64,000 bases of DNA, taken from contig OZ316891.1 of NCBI GenBank assembly GCA_973895155.1, forward strand, positions 30,697,112 through 30,761,111. The letters are read 5' to 3'. The DNA is from Marsupella aquatica (Eukaryota; Plantae; Marchantiophyta). Numbering within the stretch: position 1 is the stretch's first letter; the number at the start of each line of letters is the position of its first letter. The notes beneath the pieces are model-generated. The model was given only the letters and a program-made list of their open reading frames with translations. It searched no databases and had not been told where the DNA came from. Made by a program: the position numbers and the translations under genes. Shown here one piece after another: positions 46,878 to 58,978 of the stretch.

Positions 46878-49800
46878 TTACAATATTTGTAAATAATTAC
46901 AATGCCTTGAAAAATTATTGGAGTCTAATACTTTGGTAAAAGCATCCGCTGGATTAAGCTTTCCATCAATCTTGACAAGCTCAAATTCATCATCCGATAA
47001 TGCCTGTCGGATGAAATGATAGCGGACATCAATGTGCTTTACCCTGCCATCCATCACCTGATTCTTGGTAGTGTAAATTGCACTTTGACTGTCACAATGA
47101 AGATATACACACTCCTGTGATAAACCCATCTCCGTGACAAGCTTTTTCAACCAAATGGTCTCTGATGCTGCTTCTGCTGCTGCTACATACTCGGCATCCA
47201 TAGTAGACTTTGCAACACACTTTTGGAGAGTAAACTTCCAACTAATGCATCCACCAGCAAGTGTAAATACATATCTAGTTGTCGATCTCCTCTTATCCAG
47301 ATCACCTGCGTAGTCTGCATCCACATAACCTTGAAGCACTTTCATATTGTTTGAACTTGCATCAAACAACAAACCCTTCTTAGTGGAACCTCTGATGTAG
47401 CGCAAAATCCATTTCACTGCTTCCCAATGAACTTTTCCTGGATTTGCCATGTATCTGCTTACCTTGCTAACGGCATAAGCTATGTCTGGTCGGGTGCATA
47501 CCATGAGATACATTAAACTACCCACAACACTTTCATAAGGAACTTTGGACATCAAACTTTTTTCTGTCGCATCCGATGGACATAATGCTGCAGAAATATT
47601 GAAATGCCTTGCCAAAGGAACAATCACAGCCTTAGCATCTGCCATGTTAAATTTTGAGAGTACCTTCTCTGCATATCTTTTCTGCGTCAGCCAAAGTTTG
47701 GCTTTGTTAACATCCCTGACAATCTCCATGCCTAGGATCCTCTTGGCTGTGCCCAAATCCTTCATCTTAAACTCAGAACTGAGTTGGGTCTTAAGCTTAT
47801 CAACTTCGCCCTTATCCTATGCTGCAATGAGCATGTCATCCACATAAAGTACAAGGATGACAAGCTTAAAACCTATGTTGTTCACACGCCTTATGTAAAC
47901 ACATGGATCGTACACGCTTCGCACAAATCCAAGCGATTTCAAAAATTCATCAAAACGCTTGTTCCACTGCCTTGGGCTCTGCTTTAATCCATACAAGGAT
48001 TTTAGCAACCTGCATACCAAATTTTCCTTGCCCTTTTGCACAAAACCCTCTGGTTGCCTCATGTAAATCACCTCATCCAACGATCCATATAAGAATGCCG
48101 TGACAACATCAATTTGATCTAAAACCAGATCAAATAAAACTACAAGAGCACATAGCAAATGTATTGTTGAATACTTTGCTACGGGTGAAAAAACCTCATT
48201 GTAGTCCATACCTTTCTGTTGAGTAAAACCCTTGCCTACCAACCAAGCCTTAAATATCTTCTCAGCATCCTCCGTGGGTCCATCTTTCTTCCTATACACC
48301 CACTTGCTATCAACAGTCTGCTTGTCACTAGGTAGACTTATGAGTTCCCAAGTCTTGTTATCATGAAGTGATTTCATTTCCATGCGCATCGCCGCCTGCC
48401 ACCGTTGCTTCTCCATAGAAGCTAGGATCTCTCGAAATGAGGATGGATCTCCATCTTCTGTCACCAATGCATCAATAGATTCTTCATCCAAATCCACTTG
48501 ATCAGAATGAAGCCAAGTTCCATACCTTTCCCGGGCTTGACGTTTACGAGTTCCTCTTCGCACTGAAGACTCTGGCTGATCTGATTATAGTGTGCTTTGC
48601 CTTACAATAGTGTCAACATATTCTTCATTTGACATATCCTCTCCTCTTAAATCCTCTAGAGGAGGAGATTGCACTTTGTTAGTAGTAGGGAATTGATCTA
48701 TCTCCCCCTCCTTCAATGATTTATCTTCATTGAAGGATAGATCCCGACTAACAAGTAACTTGCAATCAACTGGATCCCATAATCGATATCCTTTAACGTC
48801 ACGCTGATAACCAAAAAAAATGCATTTCTGGGCTCGAGGATCTAGCTTAGTCCTATTGTTGCTAGGAACATGTGCATATGCTTCACAACCAAAAACCCTA
48901 AGCTTTAAATAATCAGCAGGTCGATTGTGCCATAGCTCAAAGGAAGTTTTGTAAGTAATTGCCCGACTAGGAGAGAGATTTACTAGATAAGCAGCTATGT
49001 TGACAACTTCTGCTCAAAAGATTTGTGGCAATTTAGAGTGGCTCAACATGCTCCTTGCTCGCTCCAACAATGTGCGATTGAGTCGCTCAGCAACACCATT
49101 TTGCTCAGGATTGTACACAGTTGTGAGATGGTGAGTAATTCCCTTATTGCACAATACGTGTTGAACTTGCCAGAGGTGTATTCACCACCATTATCTGATC
49201 GTAGATATCTCACATTCTTTGCAGTCTGTGTCTCAACTTGAGCTACCCATTGTTTGAAGATGGAAAACACTTCAAACTTATGGGCAATGAAATAAATCCA
49301 AACAAATCTTGAGTAATCATCGATAAACGATACATAATATTGTTTGCCTGAATGTGAGGAAACTGGAGTAGGACCCCACACATCGGAATGAATATACTCA
49401 AGTACAACTTTAGAATGATGAATGATAGTCGGAAATAGAGTTCTTGTTTTCTTGCCGACAATGCAATGATCACAAAAACTCAACTTGCATGCTTGCAATC
49501 CTGGTAGGAGATGTCGCTTGTGTAGGATTTCCAAACTTTTTTCACTCATGTGACCAAGCCGAGGATGCCATAAATTGATTTTCTCCTCCTGAGATGTGAC
49601 CAAATTGACTTCGACAAGAAGTGTGGTGCCTTCCAAGACATAGATGTTTCTTTTCCTCTTGCCAATAAGAACTTCAATTGATCCATGCGTGATTGTTAAC
49701 ACCCCATCAGTTGCACTCCATTGATAACCCTTCGCATCCAAGTAGCCAAGAGAAATCAAATTCTTACACATTTTTGGAATGTGTCTGACATTTGATAGAG

Positions 49801-50914
49801 TACAGTACTTGTCACCGGGTAGTTGAATCTTTACGAATCCAATCCCTAAAACTTTGCAAGAATGATTATTTCTCATCAAAATAGATCCGTTGATAGGAAT
49901 GTAGGATGAGAAAAGTTCACGCATATAGCACATGTGATACGAGCAAGCGGAATCCAAGATCCATTGACAATCCTTAACTTGGGAAGTGGTACACAATGCA
50001 AATCTTTCACTGTCCTCTTCTCGAACAACTACTTGGGCTGAAGAACCGGCAACTTCCTTGAATGTGTCTTTGACGCGACAATCCTTCTTCATGTGGCCCA
50101 CTTTGTCACACTTCCAACACTTTATCTCACGAGTAGACTTGGATGGTGATTTGGATCGAGATCTAGATCTGGATCTAAACCTTCTCCTACCAAAAGATCG
50201 GTCATGGAACCTTCCTCGCTCCATGGGAAGTGGGTTAAACCTTTTGTTTTCATGAGATGACTCCCTTGATTTGCCTCTTTCTACCAACAGTGCAGTTGAT
50301 GATGAGGTTGAGGTAGGATGAGCTGAAGAAACCAGCTTAGACTGCATGTCATCGGTCAACAGGGCACTCACCACATCATTGTAGGATATAGTTGTCTTAT
50401 CACGGAATAGAAGAACTCAAGACAAAGATTGGTACGAAGGTGGTAGTGAGCTCAAGAGTTGTAAGGCTTTCTTTTCTTCGCTCAAATGCTCCCCCAAATT
50501 CTCTAGGTCAACCACAAGATCATTGAACTGATCGATATGATCTTGAATCTTGACTCCATCAGCCATTTTGAATTGCATGAGCTTCAAGCTTGCATACATT
50601 TGGTTTGACATCTCATTCTTGTAGTACTTGTTGCGCAATGCATGAAACAAGTCCATCACCGTTTGTGTTGCTTTTTCCTCGAACTGCTTCTTCACATTGT
50701 TTTTCAGGTACATGCCAACAATACTTACCGCTTGATCATGGAGATCATGCCAATCATCATCTTCCATCTCCTTGGGTTGAGATCTTAGTACCTTGCCTAG
50801 GCCCATCACCCTAAGTGCATCCCTCACGTTACGTTCCCACATTGTATAGTCCATCCGACCATCAAATTTTTCCACCTCAAACCTTTGACCTCCAATTCTA
50901 GTAGTCGTCATCAC
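46878..50914 (-). pseudogene. Copia gag-pol polyprotein with premature stops and a frameshift
   Basis: Gag KFDGRMDYTMW and zinc knuckle CWKCDKVGHMKKDC; protease WILDSACSYHM; integrase LWHPRLGH..CDHC, HSDVWGP, LRSDNGGEY; RT LYVDDMLI; RNase H YVDADYAGD, KHIDVRYHF, NPADAFTK. Stops at 50417 and 47817, frameshift near 49150. Confidence 0.93.
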
Positions 50915-51705
50915 TGGAATGCCAAATGTAGTGTGGAGTCGCCTTCCGACAAGAAATAAACGTCAAATGCTCAAATGTGGGGTGTGAAAATAAGGCCAAA
51001 AATGAAAGTTGGTGAATTTTGAAACTGATCACTCCTATGTGTAGCCCACAAGGTAACACTCCGAATTCTGAAAACGGTTTGTCAAATGGACTCTCGAGTG
51101 CCAAGAATTTTTACTCCGACCGGAGGGGGGTAAAAGATGAAATAATTACCCCTCAAGGGAATCTCTTATGCCAAAGATTCCACTAGTATACTTTTTCAGA
51201 ATTAAACGCACCAATACTTGCCTAGCTTCCCCAAGTACGCCTCTCCAAAAGTTGAAGTTGATCCGATTTTATTTGCCGCTCGGAATCTTTGACCTTCGGT
51301 AAAAATTTAAGCCTCTGGAAAAGAATCTTTTCGGGAAATTCCGTCCGCCATTGTACAGCCCCTGTGGGGGACTTCATAGGGGGTACTTCCCCCTGCCTGA
51401 GCCCTGTCGAGCCCTAAAAGGCCTCCTCGAAGTTTTCGACCTCCTCGCGCGTCCGCGGAAGTCGCGAGTACTCGCGGCAGAAAGTACCCCTCGGCGGATT
51501 CACTCAAATTCCTGTAATTGTTTCTGTTTCTGACCTCAGGCCTTCATTGCTTCACTGAAATGAGCCCCTGGTTGTGTGCTCCACACTTGTGAGAAGATTG
51601 AGTCCGATCTTCTTTCAATAGCTCCGCTTCGAAGAGGAAATCATCCGCTGTTTGCTTTGCTTGAAGCAAGTTTTATGGAGTTCCTAATCGACTGAAAAAA
51701 CCTGA

Positions 51706-51717
51706 GCTCTGATACCA
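51706..51717 (-). other. Primer-binding site (tRNA-iMet)
   Basis: TGGTATCAGAGC, 2 nt from the edge of the 5' LTR. Confidence 0.93.
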
Positions 51718-51719
51718 AT

Positions 51720-52026
51720 TGTGGGGAGAAATCAGATCAGGAAAAACACTCCAAACATACACGTGCTCAATAGTTACGTGGTTCGCCTCAAGGTTGGCTA
51801 CGTCCACGGGAAGACCAAACTTTATTAATGGTTATGTGTCTACTCAAACATCACCATAGCTCTCATCTCTTGCTATATCACTGTGTTCTCTCTTGAGAAC
51901 TCTCTTCTGTGTTCTCACACCACATAGAAGTTGAAGAGATAAGGACCAACTCTTCAACTAGGGTTTACTCTAACCCTAGTTAACATACTAACCATAGTTT
52001 AACCCAAGACTGAGTTAACCTTTACA
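51720..52026 (-). repeat. 5' LTR of the Copia element (307 bp)
   Basis: Direct repeat of 46370-46683, with 6 substitutions and 2 indels counted by eye. Confidence 0.95.
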
Positions 52027-54192
52027 GGTGTGCGGGGAATGGGTCGCCAGGACATCATCATCTTCCCTGGGCACTGTGCAATTGTGAGTATGATTTTGCA
52101 AAGCCTCAGGCCACCATCACCCCATTATTCCAAACTCCTGCGGGCTATGAAGGTCCTTATTAGAAACGCTAGAGCACTGCAGTGATTTAACCAGCTTACA
52201 AAAATAGGATGTTACCGTGAGCATTAAATAGTGGTTCTGGGTTTTCTTCTTAGATGTTGGTCTGGGCTTTCTTGTTAGAATAGAATATACATGTTGGGGA
52301 TGCTTTGCTGAATGCTGACACTGAGGTGCCTAGCTTCACAGCTCACTAGGTTTTTCCCTAGTTTTCTCCTCATTATTTGGTGTATGGGGTTCGGGATCCT
52401 GTCTCCTTATATGGCCTATACATCCATTCAGACTTCCCTTTCCTTTATGGAACACATCCCCTTTCATTAATAAGTCATACTAAAAGTGGAAGTTATCAGG
52501 ATCAGAAAGTTGAGGGCAGGGTATTAGACAGCTACCTAATGATTTTCTCTTGCATTGACTGGCCAGGGACCTATAAGGACCCCAATGACCTCCCTTGTTG
52601 GAGACATTCCCTTCCCTTCCCTTGCATTCTACTCTGGTCTCAAAGAGGCTCAATGAACCATTTTCTTCTCTCTCTTCTCTTTGACCATGGTGGTTCACTT
52701 GAAGGCTCATGCTATACTCTGTATACGTCCATGTGTTTCTCCTCCAGGATGGTGTTCTTGACAGGCGACAGTCTAATCTGATCTTTCCTGCATGGTTTTG
52801 GCCTTGTGTTGCCATTGGCCCCAACACATTCTTCCTGGGCGGCCTTTGTCCACCGTTTTGTTTTCCCCCCTTGAATTTAAAAAAAAAACTGATCTTTATA
52901 GAGTTTAGATAGATATAAAAAAAAAGTGCTTGTTGTTTGTCTATCAGAGAAACCATTTTTGCCATTTCTCTCTCTTCCTCGGTTTTTGGGTTGCATATGC
53001 CTCTTTTTAGTGTTTCTCCTCCTTGGACCTCTTTAGATTCTTTTGGTTCGTTTTTAATTAATACATTATGGCTCCCTTTCGTGATCCCCTGCTATTTTGA
53101 AGACTCGATCAGTGCTAGTGATAGTAGTCTATGCCATGAACATGGCAACTGACTTTGCCAGACTACAGATTACTAATGCAATTATCGTGTTAAAATGATG
53201 TTTATTTATTTGCACACACCAATGGCCAACCCATCACGTTTATAGGACCGTCAAAAAGGTCTCCTGCACTTACTACGACGATGCTGATGCCATCAATCTG
53301 CATGTGGACAAGTTTTGAGGCTGATTAAAGTAAAATTTTCAAGAAAAACAAAACGGGGGGAGGCTAGATTCCAAAGGCAAAGGTAGGCCTAAGGGCGGCT
53401 TTAGTTGAAGTACAAGAAAAGTACGGAGAGGACTACGGACACTAAGGACAAGCCAAAATTGCATGTACTCCGATATCTTCGGGCACGCTTAGCATAATGA
53501 GATCTTATTTTGGTCATCGTCTATGACTAGCCCTATCTACTGTATAGATGGAAGAGCTAAGAAATTAAGTAGCAAAAAATGATTTCGAGAGGCACACAGG
53601 GGAAAAGACCGAATATCACCAAAGAACAAAAATCTTATGGGAATAAGAGAAAGAGGACGAAGATACTAAAAAGAGCAAAATAAAGTAGTTAAGAATGTAT
53701 ATCAAAATGAGAAAGAACAAAAAGCACCAAACATATCTCAAAGGCTGGAGACCCAATGAAGGGGAGGGAAAAAAGGAGAATCCCCAGGAAGATGGAAGAG
53801 CTTAAAAAACCTGAGAGTCACACACAAGGGCACAAGAGCTGAGGCCCTATTCAACAACAAAAGCAAAAGACAATGAGGGTGGGCTTTACATAAATCGAGG
53901 GATACATTTGGCCATTCATTCTAGGCAACCTGTCACTGTTGTCTCTAAAAGAGGAATGGTGGGCCTATACTTATACTGTAATAGATCATCGATCCTACAG
54001 GTAATCACTGGACCCAAGGAGAAAACGCCCACTTGCTCTACTTTTGGCAAAACTTTAGTCCATTCTTAGTCCTCTGTCATGGTTTTGCATGGATTGTGTT
54101 CCCCACACTGACCCCTCGGTTCACCTTAGGTCTGGAATGCTACTTTTGAGAGCACTCAGAATGGTCCACTCCTTTTGGCGTGTAAAAGACAC

Positions 54193-54588
54193 AATGTCCT
54201 TCTTATATAAAGCCACCTTGAGATACTATATTCCAAACTGCCAAACGAACACAATCTTGCAAACATTTAATTTTTTAGTGGAAATCGTAAGCTTGGCCAT
54301 GAATTTGATCTCATAAAGCCCAGAATCTGTTGCTTAAATAAGATGTTGAAGGTGCCTGGTAATGTCCTTCTTATATAAAGCCACCTTGAGATACTATATT
54401 CCAAACTGCCAAACGAACACAATCTTGCAAACATTTAATTTTTTAGTGGAAATCGTAAGCTTGGCCATGAATTTGATCTCATAAAGCCCAGAATCTGTTG
54501 CTTAAATAAGATGTTGAAGGTGCCTGGTAATGTCCTTCTTATATAAAGCCACCTTGAGATACTATATTCCAAACTGCCAAACGAACAC
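54193..54588. repeat. 168-bp tandem duplication, about 2.4 apparently identical copies
   Basis: AATGTCCTTCTTATATAAAGCCACC... starts at 54193, 54361 and 54529. Confidence 0.92.
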
Positions 54589-56260
54589 TGATATAAACTA
54601 GTGATCAAGTTTATCATGATATGGAAAATACCCACCTGTTGATATGGAAAATACGCAGCACACTACACTGTATGCTGCTGGTTTTTTATGTACAATGACC
54701 ATCAGACTATGTTCAAGTCACCTTGGGATCTATTAAAACTTGAATTTCCATTAGAGTGATATGGACTGAGGTGAAAAACATCTACTTTCACAAATTCAAA
54801 GATCCCATCCGAACTTGAGGGCTTGGGCTTTTGTTTGTGTGATATTATTTTGTTAAGTTTGAGGTTACTAATGGAAAACATTGCTCCCTACAATAGGACG
54901 AAGTTCCCTATTTAGTGAGAATAGTCACCCTCTATCTAGTAGGCTGTTAAATAGCTTCTCTTTGTGAATTAGTGTTTTCTCTGTTGAGAAAGTGCCAATG
55001 GCCAAAGTTTCACTGTGCTCCCATCTTTGGCATAGTTTCTATTATTGAACCTCACCCAACATTTGTACATTGATCACAAAAAAAACCCAATAGGAAATAG
55101 CTTAAGCATGGTGCAATGCTCACTCAACCTCCTATGGCTTTGACAAAAGCTTTCAATCAACATGTCATTCCCCTTCAGTTTCTTGCACATACTAGAGGTC
55201 TCACCCTCTTCCCATAAGATTGGAGGGATTGAATCAAATATGCACATTTAACTTTCATCCATTCCCATTCACTTCTTTGCACATACTAGAGTCTCACGGT
55301 GCTCGAGCTATGGGCAAAAAACAAGCTAAGTTTTAATTAATTACAGTAAGTGATCCAAAAGTAGGCAGGATCGGTTAAGCATGCACTTCAAACCTAGCAA
55401 GTGCTCCCTCCAAAAAGGCTCTTGCAAGAATATAATCATTCATATCTCAATCGCATCTCCACCTCTCAATCCTACCTGCCACCTATTTCATATGTACTCT
55501 TTGCCATCATCTATTCATATAGACTTAAACTAGTACCAGCTAGAATTTATGTTTCTTCTTTTCTTTACTTATTGAGAGATGACGGTCACCTAGGGTTTGA
55601 GTCTATAGCTGGCATGAATCTACTGTAGCTTTGCATCAAGATTTACAGATTAGATAAACTAACTTTTTGACACCAGTTTATTATTGTTGTGCTAGGTGTA
55701 TCCTCTTTGTTTGGGAAGCAGAGGTCTTCAGAACTATTCAAGACATTACCGTGTGAGCTGGTTTTTCCAAAACGATAGGATTATATACATCAATGATGGC
55801 AATGAAATTAGTGAACGGTTGTATTGGCTAGCGTGAGGCTCAAGGCGAAACTTGGCTCTTAGCCTGCTCAGACGTTGCATACTCATGAGAGGAGAAATTG
55901 AGGGTAAACTCAAATCGTATCATCCTGCTTGGGAAAGGGCGTGATATGCATTTGGTGAGAAAATCAAGGACAGCAAACGAAAAGTACAGTACTGGACTTA
56001 CGTACGAGAGTGGCAAAGGAATCATAGAGGTAAAGTAGAGGATGGAAAATAGGAGCGAATCTTTTTAAATTTGTTTCCTTTGTTTTGTTGCATGGGTTCT
56101 TTTAGTTGTGTGCGTGGGGGGTTTCTTTTTGCCTCGCATAAACCAATTCAAACTCATTGAAAGAGCCACAATGCTTTGAAAAATAGGGGTATGAGTCAAC
56201 TGAAGGTCATGGTGCCCCAAAAATCACTGAGACGACCAGGAAAGAAGCAAAACCAAAGAC

Positions 56261-56480
56261 AAGGAAGTTAAACCAGAGCTTGACTACAGTAGTGCAAAGG
56301 GAGTGGCACAAGCAAGACCAAAAAAAAGGAAGTTAAACCAGGGCTTGAGTAGTGCAAAGGGAGTGGCACAAGCAAGACCAAAGGATGTTAAACCAGGGCT
56401 TGAGTAGTGCAAAGGGAGTGGCACAAGCAAGACCAAAGGAAGTTAAACCAGGGCTTGACTAGTGCAAAGGGAGTGGCACA
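56261..56480. repeat. Tandem repeat of about 55 bp, 4 copies
   Basis: AAGGAAGTTAAACCAGGGCTTGAGTAGTGCAAAGGGAGTGGCACAAGCAAGACCA. Confidence 0.9.
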
Positions 56481-57681
56481 CTCTGTAAGACAGCAGGGGT
56501 CCTCACAATGGATCAATGACAAGAGTACAGTTCTATAGTCAGATCAGCAGTGCAGCATCTAAATCTGAAGGAGGAGACTTTTATGGTAGCAGGGGAGAGA
56601 CATGGGCAACCTGAAGGATGTCATCTTGAATTTTCCATAACCCCACCCATGTACCATAATGAAAAGACATTTCATTGAAGGCATCTTCAAAAGTAAATTT
56701 CCCTGCCCGGATTTTGAGTTTGTGACTGGCCTGGTCCTAAGGTAGGGAAATCCCTAAACGATGCCAAGATTTCTGAATTTCTGAATTACCCTGTGAGGAT
56801 CTGATCTGGTGTGCTCAACAGAGTACAAACTCCTGTCTTTCCAGATGCTGCAACACACTATTGGTCATTTGGGGTGGGGATAGACAAGGGATGGAAAGAG
56901 ATGGATTATTTTGGATGGGGGACAGGAGATGGGTGCTTCTGCTTGTTTAGGTGGGAGATGGGTGGAAGTGGGGGCAGGGGGTGGGGAGGGGGGCTTGGGG
57001 AGTGAGGAAATTAAGGGGTTTAGGGGATTAAAGTTTCAAAAAGCCAGCAGCGAAGGCAACAGAAAGTCAGCCATTGTATAATTTCTTCCATACAGAGATC
57101 CAATAACCAGAAATCCCATCCCCAAAATCCTGTAGCCTTTCAGTTGGTGGACCTAACTTTTTGCAATTTGTTTACAGGTTTGGTGAACACCAAGTTAGTG
57201 TTAAGTAAAAAAACCATATCATAAAGAGCATGCACATGTGCAACATTCAATGAACACACAAATAATAAACATAAGAGATACATAATCAATACAGGTTTCC
57301 AAGAGATTACACAAAATAAGTGCATTGAACTCTAAGCCAGACAGTCATAATGTGTCTCCATAAACTAATCAGCTTTTGGGTTCTTAACAATGAGCCTAAG
57401 TTCTGGTCACTAGTTAAATTATGCTAGTAAATATAATAAAAGCACATATAACTTTAACCAAAGATCAGAATATGGTTAAATTAACTATGGTTACCTAATA
57501 ATTCTAGACATGAGAATAAATAATTACACTAACCAAACCCAATAGGGTTGGAGATGCCCTAACAAAGAGATGTAAATCATACACTCTCATCATATATGAG
57601 AAATTTCACATTTTTCCCTTGTCACCTAGTGCAAACTCTTGTTGAGCGCACACTATTTCCTTTTCCCGGGACTGTGCAGTT

Positions 57682-58015
57682 AGAGGGAGACCACTGTAGT
57701 AGCTTGAAGTATTACCTGACGTAAGTGCACACCGGTCGCGGGAGTGTACACTTACAGAGAATCGTTTCACTCCTGTCTCCTAGTGCAAACCCGCGGTGGG
57801 TGTCGCGCGAGTGTGCACTTAGAGAGAGACAACTGTAGTAGCTTGAAGTATTACCCGCTTAATTTAAGTGCACGCCTATCGCTTCTTCGCGCGAGTGTGC
57901 AGTTATAGAGAGACGGCCGTAGTAGCTTGAAGTAATACCCGCCTTAAGTGCACGACTTTTGCTTCTTCGCGCGAGTGTGCACTTATAGAGAGACGACTGT
58001 AGTAGCTTGAAGTGA
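57682..58015. repeat. Diverged tandem repeat of about 80-85 bp upstream of BUD13
   Basis: AGAGAGACRACTGTAGTAGCTTGAAGTATTACC...AAGTGCAC...TCGCGCGAGTGTGCACTT, about 4 copies. Confidence 0.8.
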
Positions 58016-58104
58016 TTTGTTGAAGCTCGGCGCAGCGATCTGAGCTCTCTTCCTCGTTGAAGTCGTTCGCTACAGGGTCGAAGTAGTTTCTCAAAGCTCC
58101 CGCA

Positions 58105-58750
58105 AAGAAATCTTAGCTCGATCTACGCAGACTCTGTTTCGCTTTTGTTCGCCACTACATTAGGTTGAACCGCTGTTGAAATTCGTCACAGAAATCTTTG
58201 ATTTAGAAACATTCTTACCTGTGCACGGGCTTTTTCGAGCTTTCAGTGAACTCGGAATTGAAGGATCGTTGCAAGAAATCTTAGCTCGACACGGTGCTCC
58301 GGTTTCGTTCGCTACTAGATTAGGTTATTCATTTTACCGAAACTCAGCACAGAAGTCTTAGATTTACCAACATCCTTCTCTATGCACAGGCTTTCCGAGC
58401 ATTTAGCGACTTAGGAAATGAGGGGTCGTTGCTAGAAATCTTAGCTCGATCTTCGCACACGCTGTTTCGGTTTCGTTCGTTACTCGATTAGGTTTAACCA
58501 TTGTTTCGAAACTCAGCACAGAAGTCTGAGATTTACAAACACTCATATCGGTCAACGGGTATTTCGAGCTTACAGTACCTTGGAAATTAGGGTCGACAAT
58601 CTTAGCTTGATCTACTGACACGCTGTTTCGGTTTCGTTCGCTACTAGATTGGTTTCAAATAATTTTGTCGAAATTCAGCACGGAATGTGCTGAGATCTGC
58701 GAACACTCTTATATGTGCACGGGGTTTTTGAGGATTCAGTGACCTTGGAG
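58105..58750. repeat. Diverged tandem repeat of about 165 bp upstream of the BUD13 CDS
   Basis: AATCTTAGCTCGATCT...GTTTCGGTTTCGTTCGCTACTAGATTAGGTT...GAAACTCAGCACAGAAGTCT at about 58107, 58275, 58435 and 58598. Confidence 0.8.
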
Positions 58751-58874
58751 TTCACTGATCGTTGAATTTGACGTGCTGAAATTTCTGAATGGATGGCTCG
58801 TGCAGTTCACTTGAATGTCACTGCGGCGATCAGGAGTCCCGGTGTCATGGGCTAACAAGCAACTGACAAAAAAT

Positions 58875-58977
58875 AAAGTCTTAGGCTCTTCCCGTGTCCG
58901 GGGCGATTTTTCTCAAGGGTCCTGAGGACGGACGGACGGACACACTTTTGTTAGGGAGAGCCCTCATTTCGCTCGGG
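58875..58977 (-). mobile_element. Helentron/HINE-like (DINE-1-like) non-autonomous mini-element
   Basis: Minus strand reads tt-CCCGAGCGAAATGAGGG-CTCTCCC ... (GTCC)4 ... GGGAAGAGCC ... TTTATTTTT. This gives subterminal inverted repeats (58884-58893 and 58954-58962), a GTCC microsatellite and T-rich flanks. Confidence 0.5.
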
Positions 58978-58978
58978 A

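Larger units (their letters stand above)
46370..52026 (-). mobile_element. Full-length Ty1/Copia LTR retrotransposon (Tnt1-like), defective
   Basis: LTRs 46370-46683 and 51720-52026 (TG...CA); TSD GGTGT at 46365-46369 and 52027-52031; PBS TGGTATCAGAGC; PPT next to the 3' LTR; gag-PR-IN-RT-RH domain order. Confidence 0.97.

Noticed and set aside
52377-52965. 134-aa and 161-aa overlapping ORFs
   Set aside because: No recognisable motifs or splice structure; probably TE-derived non-coding sequence.
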